A stretch of DNA of 33,500 nt, from NCBI GenBank assembly GCA_032718475.1, contig JAUCBJ010003623.1:1-33500 (forward strand). Reading direction: 5' to 3'. The stretch is from Nemertoderma westbladi (lineage: Eukaryota > Animalia > Xenacoelomorpha). Positions 9,669 to 19,287 of the stretch are shown piece by piece. The stretch's first letter is position 1; each line of letters opens with the position of its first letter. A program made the translations under genes and the position numbers. The notes beneath the pieces are model-generated. The model was not told the DNA's origin. It worked only from the letters and a program-made list of their open reading frames with translations, and searched no databases.

Positions 9669-10210
9669 GGTAGTAGAGTTAGATAGTTAGAGTTAGTATA
9701 AAGTTAGAGGCTTTTAGTTAGAGCTAAAAGTAGTAAGAGTTAGCAGAGAGCAGAGTTAGTAGTTAGTAGAGTTAGATAGTTAGAGTTAGTAAGTTAGATA
9801 AGGTAGATAGTATGATAGCACAGGGGTAGCATTAGAGGTCAGGACCTTAGAGAGTGGCAGGGAGTAGAGAGGAGATAGTGAGAGGAGCCGTTGGCGAGAG
9901 AGTTAGAGTGCGATTCAGGTGTGGGGGTTTGTCGGCAGTATTCGTCTCCGTCCACAGGGCAAGAGCGAGTTGAGTCAGAGAGCGGAGTTAGAGTGGTGAG
10001 AGTGTTGGGGAAACAAAAATTGTGTGAGAGAAGCGCACGATCGGCCCGACACGAGACGCCAGAGGGTAGTGAGATCATACCCATAGGGAGCGGCCTGGAA
10101 AGCCGACTCCAAGAAAATAACTCCACCCCACACCCGATAATAGATCGAGTTCCAGCGGAATTGAAGCGCACTTAGTGGTTGATGCTATCTTCTCACCGGG
10201 AAGATAGCAT

Positions 10211-10220
10211 GGGGGGGGAG
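10211..10220 (+). other. Polypurine tract
   Basis: GGGGGGGGAG directly before the 3' LTR TG. Confidence 0.9.
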
Positions 10221-10761
10221 TGTTAGCGAATCAATTCCGCCTCACCAAACCCCATAAAGTGAGCCATTAAACCGTAAAGCAATATTGGGAGCACGAGGTT
10301 GATTACCAATATCAACCTCGTGTCACCCCAATAAAGGGAAGGAGAAACACACAATAGGGGTCAGGGGCCAAACCCCTAACCGAGAGAGAACACAGGGAGT
10401 GAAGGGAAACACTCCAAAGGGTGCCAACAGGGATATTAGCCAATGGGGGGACAGCATCGACTAGGTACTGTAACAAGGCCAAACCGTGCAATATATATTA
10501 CCGGTCGATGCAATACTCATTCAGTCATCTCAGTACAGTCAGGCAGAACGGTGACAGTTAAGACCATCACCGCCGTCACCAATATATACTACCATATCAT
10601 TACCGGTATACTGTGCTATCATTAATGCATTACTCCGTCTATCTTATATACATATTATCAATAACACTGGAAGAACGACAAACTCTTTTCTTTCATTCAC
10701 ACGGCGGGGACGCGTACGAAACAACACCGGATAAACCGGGATCCTCTCGGATCCCGTCACA
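10221..10761 (+). repeat. 3' LTR (541 bp)
   Basis: Near-identical copy of 3060-3600, followed by GACCT. Confidence 0.97.
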
Positions 10762-11376
10762 GACCTACAGCCATTGATACCTGGATACTGCCTTACTGCA
10801 GTGCTGACAGACTGGTTTGCAGACTGGCATACTATTTTCATTTGGCTACCAATTAAAGTCATACCAAAATTGATGAAAATTTCATCAAAAAAATTATATT
10901 GCACCAAATTAAATATTGCGACCCCAAAAAAATTATTCAACACCAAATAAATTAAAGTCACCCCAAATAAAATTATTCAAACACCAAAATAAATTTCTCA
11001 ACACCAAAAACAATTACTGTATTCAACACCAAAACAATTATTAAACACCAAAATTAATAAATGCTCCACAAAACCAATTTATTCACACCAAAATAAAGTA
11101 CAAAACCCTCAAAATAAACACAAATTTTACCAAAATAAATACAAATTTTCCCAAAAAAATGCAACTTTTCCCAACATAAATACATTTTACACCAAAATAA
11201 ATACATAATCCCCCAAAATAAATTTAATACACATTCCCCCAAAATAAACACATATTCCCCCAAAATAAATACATAACCCCCCAAAATAAATACTTATTCC
11301 CCCAAAATAATCAAATATTCTGCCAAAATAAACAGACTCTTAGTTACAGACTCTCAGTTGCAGACTATTGGTACGC

Positions 11377-11640
11377 GGATCGTCGGGTAAATACAAAACA
11401 AAGACCCAAGACGTTACTGCCCGTTCTGTACAAAACAAATAGGTAAAGTCGTATTAGGTCCAAAAGAGCGTTATGTCCCAAAAGAGCTTTAGGTCCCATC
11501 ACCATTTAAAGGAGAAGCAGGTTACAGAGGCGTGTTGGGGGAACCAAAACAATAAACGAAAGTTAACATGTTACAAGATTATGCAGGTCTTTATAATTGG
11601 GTCTTTGGTCTTTGTTTTGCACTCATCCGAGGATCGTCGG
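11377..11640. mobile_element. Small MITE-like inverted-repeat element
   Basis: GATCGTCGGGTAAATACAAAACAAAGACC at left matches the reverse complement of GGTCTTTGTTTTGCACTCATCCGAGGATC at right. Confidence 0.55.
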
Positions 11641-11698
11641 TATAATAGGCCCCTTATGATTAAACATTTTGTTTGATTTATGGAAATAAATAATGAAC

Positions 11699-13196
11699 AG
11701 AGCGTCTGCAGACTTGTCTGGCAGTCCCCCGGCTACAGTACACTCTGCGCACATCACCCACATTCAACAACACTGGTGACTTGCAGGAATTTGATACAGT
11801 TGTCCAAGATGCCCTTTCTAGTATCACCAATGTCAACTTTCAGGCAAAATCCAGTACCCAGGGATCACTACCAGTCAGTCTCGGGGGACTTGGGATCCGT
11901 AAGTTGGAAGATCTGGCACTGCCTAGTTATATTTCCTCTCTTCATTCCACCGATATCCTCGTTAACTCCGTCCTCTCTAACACATTTGGACTGGAGCCTT
12001 CGTGTGATTTGGCAGGAGCCGTCAAGGCATGGAGGGATAAGTTCTCTTCAGTTGAGGAACCCAGTGGGGCAGCCAGGAATAACCAGAAAGCCTGGGACAC
12101 TATCTCTGCGACTATAACACAGAGAGACCTGTTTGCCAAAGCGGATCAGGTCGAAACAGCACGCCTGGCTGCAGCAGCGCAAGTGGAGAGTGGGCTTTGG
12201 CTTCATGCGATCCCTATTCCATCTTTAGGGTCGAATTTGGATCCGGAAGCTCTTCGAATTGGTATACCACAGAGAGTTGGTGCACCTATCTGCCATAAAC
12301 ACACCTGCAAGTGTGGCAAGGAAGTGGGTATACTTGGGCACCATGCACTGTCCTGCCGAAACAGCATGGGTAGGTTCCCACGTCATGCAGCTCTCAACGA
12401 TGTGCTGAAAAGTTCACTGAGCAGAGCTGGTCTACCATCTGTCCTGGAACCTACTGGGTTGGATAGGGGAGATGGGAAACGTCCTGATGGTATGACCATC
12501 TACCCCTACTCGAAAGGCCGGTGCCTGGTATGGGATGCTACATGTGTGGATACATTTGCCCCATCCCACATTATTCGCTCTGCCATTGAGCCATCCTCAG
12601 CATCAGCAGCAGCGGAGGAGCTAAAGCGTGTGAAATACCGCAATTTGGGTCAGCAGTACCAATTCGAACCCTTGGCCTTCGAGACCACAGGAGTATTCGG
12701 TCCATCCACCATCAGCGTGTTAAAAGATCTTGGCCGAAGACTCATAGCGGAGTCAGGAGACCCACGCGAGAGCTTGTGGCTGAAGCAACGCATCGGGATA
12801 GCCATAGTGAGGGGGAATGCCCTTTGTGTTCGGGGTTCAATCAGCGCTGTGGAATAGAGTTATTCTCGCCGAGGTAAAGGGAGTAGATCAAAGAGTCGTC
12901 GAGGTAAAGGGAGTAGATCAAGGAGACGTGGAGGAAAGGGGAAGAAGAAAGGAAAGAGAGGAAGATCGAAGGGGTGTGGGAAGAAAGGAGTGGGAAAGTC
13001 GATATCTAATCAATTCGATGTTGCAGCTGGATGGAAGAAGTTGATGAGAGGAAAATAAACAGTTGGAATGTCATTACAGTACTTTAGGTTAATATGATTG
13101 TTTATCTTGTCTGTAAATTCAAATATAATTTTTGTTAATTATATAATATGTATAATAAAATAAAATTAAAAAAAAAAAAAAAAAAAAAAAAATAAT
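11699..13196 (+). mobile_element. 5'-truncated CRE-like non-LTR retrotransposon (restriction-like endonuclease type)
   Basis: C-terminal ORF, purine-rich 3' UTR, AATAAA and poly(A) at about 13168-13192, 10-bp TSD AATAATGAAC (11689-11698, 13197-13206). Confidence 0.88.
11700..12857 (+). CDS. C-terminal part of CRE-like ORF: RT thumb region, CCHC finger, PD-(D/E)xK endonuclease (no true start codon)
   Basis: Frame open from 11700 (CLAVPRLQYTLRTSP); LPVSLGGLGIR; CKCG...HALSC...RH; DGKRPDG...LVWDATC; AEELKRVKY; FEPLAFETTG; IVRGNA. Confidence 0.88.
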   Translation, partial: ERLQTCLAVPRLQYTLRTSPTFNNTGDLQEFDTVVQDALSSITNVNFQAKSSTQGSLPVSLGGLGIRKLEDLALPSYISSLHSTDILVNSVLSNTFGLEPSCDLAGAVKAWRDKFSSVEEPSGAARNNQKAWDTISATITQRDLFAKADQVETARLAAAAQVESGLWLHAIPIPSLGSNLDPEALRIGIPQRVGAPICHKHTCKCGKEVGILGHHALSCRNSMGRFPRHAALNDVLKSSLSRAGLPSVLEPTGLDRGDGKRPDGMTIYPYSKGRCLVWDATCVDTFAPSHIIRSAIEPSSASAAAEELKRVKYRNLGQQYQFEPLAFETTGVFGPSTISVLKDLGRRLIAESGDPRESLWLKQRIGIAIVRGNALCVRGSISAVE

Positions 13197-14599
13197 AATA
13201 ATGAACGAATTTATTTTGTATAATTAAATTTTCCATAAAATATTTGGTGCTGAAAGAATTGTTTTTGGTTTGACAAGTAATTATTTTAGGGAGATTGAAT
13301 AATTATTTTAGGGAGATAGAATAATTGTTTTTGGGTTATGAATAATTGTTTTTGAGGTATGAATAATTGTTTTTGGGGATAAATTATTGTTTTGGGGGGA
13401 TGGATAATTGTTTTTGGGGGTGTGGATAATTGTTTTTGGGGAGGAATTATTGTTTTTGGGGGATTAATAATTGTTTTTGGGGATAAATTATTGTTTTTGT
13501 GGGATGAATAATTGTTTTTGGTGAGAGAGATATTCAAAATTGGGGGATGTAAATTGGCGCTACAAAAAAATATATTTGGTGCTAAATAAATTTTTTGGTC
13601 TGAAATCATTTAATTTGGGGTGGTATTCAATTAGTGGCGTTTTCATTTTCTTTAAATATTAGCCAAAATTAGGAGAAAAGGAGAGAACAACTACTACACT
13701 ATTGGAGTCTATTAAACTTTTAAAAATGGCCAACATGCATAACATTTTATTCCAAAATTGTAACATTACTCAACGCCGTTAGTATTAACAGTTATTTGTT
13801 ATTTAGCACTTTACAACTGTAGAGGACATTACAACATTGTATTGGCCTGTAGGCCTACATTTAGTATTGTATTTGGTGTTATTCGTTAAGTAATGTCCCC
13901 TTAGTGGACATTACTTATTGCAGTCATTGGTTACCACGTAAACAATAGGGGGAAATTTGCTTGACAGCCAGATAGGCCTACTGCATTACCTACCGGTAGG
14001 CGGGATATAGCTATTAATAACCAGTTGGGCGTAGTTATATTATTATAACATGGCTCCAATCGCCACCATAAATATAAGCAAACTTATTTATAACATAATT
14101 TATGTCATTTTTACATGTATTAATACAGCAACTAATTTAATTTGTGCAGTTTCTATCACTTATAATATATATACTGTACAATCATTTCGTAATGTTAAAA
14201 TGTCAATCGACTGCCAGTAATTGAGAACGTTGTTTTCCATAACCTTTCCCCAATCCACCGTCGGCGGACAACTGACAGGGATCTGGCGAGTGACTGTCAC
14301 CGCACCGTTATTGTTCGGCGTTTCTCCAATTGTGAACTTACAGGGCATGTGATCTAACACTGAAGCATCGAAAATAACTTTTTTAATTTTTAATTGAGGA
14401 TGCAAATGCATTGTGCAAATGTTAGGCGTTATCCTTTAATTAGGCGATACCGAATAGGAACTGTGTATCGATATTCCCTTGACAAATAACCTAATTTTAT
14501 GCTCCATTAGCTAATATAATTGAGTGCATCATCCGTTAACCCAACCCTAAGAGCATTCACCACTCGGATTATGAGTGCACCCAATACTGTGTGAAGCTC

Positions 14600-14850
14600 C
14601 GTGGGCTTCAAAAATATGAAAATGTGGGCGTCTGGTTTTAATTCTCGGCGACATATTTAGAGTTTATATAGAGTATGCCTATTATCGGCGACTGGTCCAG
14701 ATTTCGGTTTGGATTTCTGTGTTACAGTGGATTTCTGTTTAGTTTTCGGCTTAAATTTTTGCCAAATTCTTAGATTTCGGTTTCCTATTCTCGAAATCTC
14801 AACCGAAATCTAAATCAGTCGCCCACGTTTTCATATTTTTGAAACTCATG
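14600..14850. mobile_element. MITE with ~39-bp imperfect TIRs
   Basis: CGTGGGCTTCAAAAATATGAAAATGTGGGCGTCTGGTTT versus reverse complement CATGAGTTTCAAAAATATGAAAACGTGGGCGACTGATTT; internal AGATTTCGGTT repeats; no TSD recognised. Confidence 0.75.
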
Positions 14851-15149
14851 CCCCCCCCCCCCCCCCCCTCCCTCCCATACTATAGCCTGACAAGAAAGTG
14901 TAGGCCTACCTGTAAGTACTGTATATAGGGGCCTATTTATTGATAATACTTATGTAAAATGATATGGGATACTTTTAGTATTTAACCCCCATTTTATTAT
15001 TTGCTCATATTTTTATTAAGGAAAATAATAATAATAATAATATTAATAACTCTTGTTATTTTTTTTATTTCTAGTTTGTGTAACTAATGCAATTGCTTTC
15101 GTTCTCATTTTATAATGAGTACACAAATTTTGTACTCATATTTTTTACA

Positions 15150-16298
15150 CGTTCGTGGGAATATCGCGCAGGACGAGGGTCAGTTATTAGATACATACAG
15201 TATTAAAATTGAGCAATTCTATCCAAAAATCGGTACTTAAAAAATTTAAATAAATAGTTAAGAAAATTTAACCAAACTTTTACTTAAAAAAACTTTCGCA
15301 TTGGCAGCTTGGCATCGATGTCATAGAAGTCCACAGTCAAACTACTCAAAAAATTCAATGCATTCTTCAGTCCTCGGGTCTCGCTCATCGGTTAGTCCAG
15401 TTTGCCCGTAGCGCTAGCGCAGTAGCGATACCAAAAGTCGAGGTCGCCAACGACACTGCGACAGACAGAGGCGGTGGCATTGATGGCGAGTTGTTTGAGT
15501 ACATGTACAATTCCAAAACGTTGCTGAGTATTGCAGTATTGGGCTGTTGGGGTACCTAGTGCAGTAGTAGATACCGGAACATGGAATAAAGGTCACCTGG
15601 TACAACCTGACAATATCAGTCATAATTTCAAAACTTCCATGGCTGCATGGTTGCCTTTGCCGAGCCGATTGGTGGGTGGCGCCAACGCCCTGAAGACGGT
15701 ACCAGTAACTCTGTACTAATGTAACAGTACCGGTACCGTACTGTAAAACATATGTTTAATAAGATTAAGGTACCGTACGGATACATGATATGGCTGAATA
15801 GTCGCGAATAACTGAATACTCTAAACTCTGCCATCTGGAAATGCTGGAATGGCTGAAGAAAGTGAAATAGGCCTACCACACTTTCCAAGGCCACATTATT
15901 AATTGCTGCATTGTACCGGTATTGCTGAATTTCAAACCCACCTGATATATCCTGCAATCTCCTAGCAACCAGCTGATGCCAAGCCTAATAATTTTTGGGT
16001 CAATAAATTTATTATAACTGCAAGACAGTTTACACAGATGCTGCACGAAGACGCCACGCAAATTCAACGTGGAAAATTTCTAAACTTTTGCCAGACTACA
16101 TTATATATGTACCAAGTTTGGATATATTTTATCGAGATTTGGCTGAGTTACAGTATTAACGTTAAAAATTGGACACAACAGAACAACAGAGCAACAGAGC
16201 AACAGAGCAACAGAACAACAGATCAACAGAGCAGCAGACACACCGATTGAGTTAGTGGTACCTGTATGCTAAGCTCGCTTACTTTCGTCGCTCGCCCC
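15150..16298 (-). mobile_element. Helentron/DINE-1-like non-autonomous element, copy 1
   Basis: Both ends match 24581-26141 in reverse orientation; 8-bp microsatellite (CAACAGAR)n at about 16175-16238; flanked by ACA on both sides; interrupts the 90-bp array. Confidence 0.72.
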
Positions 16299-16851
16299 AC
16301 AAGAGTCACTAATTTAATGAATTTATGTTCTCATTTTAAAATGAATACAGTAGGCCTACACCATTAATTCAGAAACTCTAGCAATTTTGTACTCATATAT
16401 TTTACAAGAGTCACTAATTTAATGAATTATGTTCACATTTTAAAATAAGTACACCATTAATTCGGAAATTCTGCAATTTTTGTATTCATAATTTTATAAG
16501 AGTCACTAATTCAATATTATGTTCTCATATTAAATTGAGTACACCATTAATTCGGAAAATCTCGCAATTTTCTACTCATATTTTTATAAGAGTCACTAAT
16601 TCAATTAATTATGTTCTCATTTTAAAATAAGTACACCATTAATTCGGAAATTCTGCAATTTTTGTATTCATAATTTTATAAGAGTCACTAATTCAATATT
16701 ATGTTCTCATATTAAATTGAGTACACCATTAATTCGGAAAATCTTCCAATTTTCAACTCATATTTTTATAAGAGTCACTAATTCAATATTATGTTCTCAT
16801 TTTAAATTGAGTACACCATTAATTCGGAAAATCTTGCAATTTTGTACTCAT
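16299..16851. repeat. ~90-92-bp AT-rich tandem array, 6 units
   Basis: AAGAGTCACTAATT starts at 16301, 16406, 16498, 16588, 16680, 16770; a degenerate unit lies at about 15078-15149. Confidence 0.93.
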
Positions 16852-18156
16852 AACTTGTCCAACGCCAACCCCAAAGATTGCCCAATACTGGGCGACCGGA
16901 CGTGTGTAGTTTGGATGCAGCTGCAGTAGATCCATAGCCATCTATCTACTGTCATCCTATCTACCTTCACCTCAATACACCACTGAGTCGACTCTCTATG
17001 GCGCACCACATCAAAGAGTCCAGGATACAAACTTCGACTATTTCTTGCCTAAGTGCAGATATATCACCCAAGACCAACGTTTGTTATCTCGGTTGCTGTT
17101 TAAGAATGGCATACAATGCGTCGGAAATCCAAAATTTTAGAATAATAGAGATAGTTTCACCTGCCCCCCCTCTATAACCATACTGAAAGAGTTGGGAATT
17201 CTACCCCAAATATATTTAATATGAATGCATCAAATAATATAGGCTACAGTACTAACATTCATAAACACAACAATTTCATTTTCCATCAAAACCTAGACTG
17301 ACACTCACCCCTACAGCAGGACCCCTGATCCATAACTGATGGTACAGCACCAGCGAATCCGATGAAAATCAGGTAGAAATACAAGCACCTGTATTCCGTT
17401 TTTTTTTCGACCAACCTCATTAATATAAGAATTTGACTAATTAACCTTTGAAACTAAACTACATGGCTTACGGCTATAAACAGGCTTACTTATTATGTAT
17501 TCGATGCACAAACTCAAAACCGTTTCGCCTTTGCCGATTTTTACATATTCTTTTTAAGTTTCATATTCTTTATTATCTTTAAAGTCCCGTATCTTTTCAA
17601 GGTTCAGGAAACGCCATTGTGGAATTGTTTTCTGTTAATTTTTGTCGCACGTCATTCTTTCTTTGTCAACATTTTCGAATCACTAATTACAACTTTGAGA
17701 TTATAATATATACAATCATTCAATGTTATCATTAACCCATTTGGGCAGAATCAGAAAAAATAGGTTGGCTGAAACAGCTTCCGTTCTTGTACTGTTTATT
17801 AATGAACGAGCTATTTAATTAAAAGTAAGCAAGAAGATCTAAAAACTCCATTATTATCCAGTTCAGTTGGTTCGGTTTACTGTTGGACTGGTAATAGTTA
17901 CAAACCACAATGCGAATATTTTACAAGTGATGATGTATTATTTTACATAGAGTAATGTACTCCAGTACGTCCATAGTATAGTGTCTTACTGATCAAACTA
18001 GGTTTCACTAGGATTTACTTGGGAATGAAATTTCACAAAAATTCAAGACTTGGATTCACTTTGGATTTAAGTTTGGGCATATTTACATTTGCAAGTTAAT
18101 CCTAGAGAATTCTATCTATTTATAATCGCTATAAATGATTATATAAATTAAGAATA

Positions 18157-19212
18157 CTAAGCCGGCTTTTCGATTACGATTACGCCGCCACAACTTCGTA
18201 TCACCCATGACTTTCCTAGATCATCCGCATGTTCAAGGCCAGTGTCCTTTAAGATGCGTCTCAAGAAAGTCATGGGCTGTCCACCATGCTTATTCACTCC
18301 ATGAGGCTGCCAAAGCACAAGATTATGCACTGGCTGGTTCTCCCGGGGAAAGCAATGTCCTGCAAAGCGGAGGCGACTTTGTTCTAGTGTCAAGCTTGGG
18401 GGAACCAATGAGATACCTCCCATGTTGTATAGTGTCTGGTTGGAGATGTGTGCATTGTACTTGATACAATGAACCCGGCGTAGCATTCTTGTGAATGTGC
18501 CATCCAGAGATTTGATGTCCTCAGCAGTGAGAGCCCAGCATGGACTCCCATAGAGGAGTACTGAAACTACTGCTGCTCTAAATAATCGGACCTAAAGTTA
18601 CCGATTAATTTTCTGTGACTTGCAAATTCTGGAAAGCCTATTCAAGGCTGCCCATGCCTTTCCCTTACGTATTCGAAGGTCCTCACCTGACTTCCGTATC
18701 CATGATCCCAGATAACAGAAGTCTTCCATATGCTGAAGCATACCATCCTTTAAGCTTATGCTCATCCGATCAGAGACTTGCTGAGGACTTTCAAAGTTAA
18801 CTGTCAAAATTCTGGTCTTTTTGGAGTTAATAAAAAGACCAATACTAGAGGCAGCCTGTTCTAATGAGCTGAGGAGCCGTTAGGCTCCCTCTAGTGATTC
18901 TGAGAGTACTCCTAAGTCATCAGCAAAGTCTAGATCAGTTAGGTACTTGGCAGGATTTCCTCGACTTCTGGAGCCAGTAGGTGGAGTTATCACCACCCCA
19001 TCATCATTATGATGATCTAAGGACATGCGTAGAACATAGTCAACCACAATTATGAACAAGAATGGCGCAAGTGTGTCTCCTTGGAGGACTCCCCGTAATA
19101 CTTCATATTGTTCTGTGTCACTATCAATAGTAGACACAAATGTTGTTGAACCATCGGATATTGATCTGATTGCTGCAATAATTTCATCAGGAATCCCATA
19201 TAATGAAAGTGT
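18157..19212 (-). pseudogene. Decayed RTE-clade LINE reverse transcriptase fragment
   Basis: YGIPDEII, GVLQGDTLAPFLFIIVVDY, DLDFADD, DFCYLGSWI, RKGKAWAA, TRMLRR, RLRFAGHC; broken by stops and frameshifts. Confidence 0.88.
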
Positions 19213-19287
19213 GCTTTAGCTGATCGTCCGTCATTGAGTAACTACAACCAAGCATCTGCAATGCAACAACTCAATTCCACCCAAACT

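Larger units (their letters stand above)
3060..10761 (+). mobile_element. Full-length non-autonomous BEL/Pao LTR retrotransposon
   Basis: TG...CA direct repeats 3060-3600 and 10221-10761, 5-bp TSD GACCT (3055-3059, 10762-10766), PPT at 10211-10220, internal BEL-type Gag-protease, no RT/RNase H/integrase motifs. Confidence 0.95.
10844..13639. mobile_element. Foldback/Mutator-like non-autonomous element with modular inverted arms
   Basis: Left arm about 10844-11332 of ~21-bp CCAAAATAAA/CCAAAAACAATT units; right arm about 13230-13639 of complementary AATTGTTTTTGG units; imperfect termini GGCTACCAATT / AATTAGTGGCG; 9-bp direct repeat TTTTCATTT at 10835-10843 and 13640-13648. Confidence 0.6.

Noticed and set aside
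11054-11284. ORFs in the foldback arms (also 13286-13609)
   Set aside because: Translations of ~21-bp AT-rich tandem units.
14160-14411. Possible host exon
   Set aside because: No recognisable domain, only weak splice-like sites, and no neighbouring exons.
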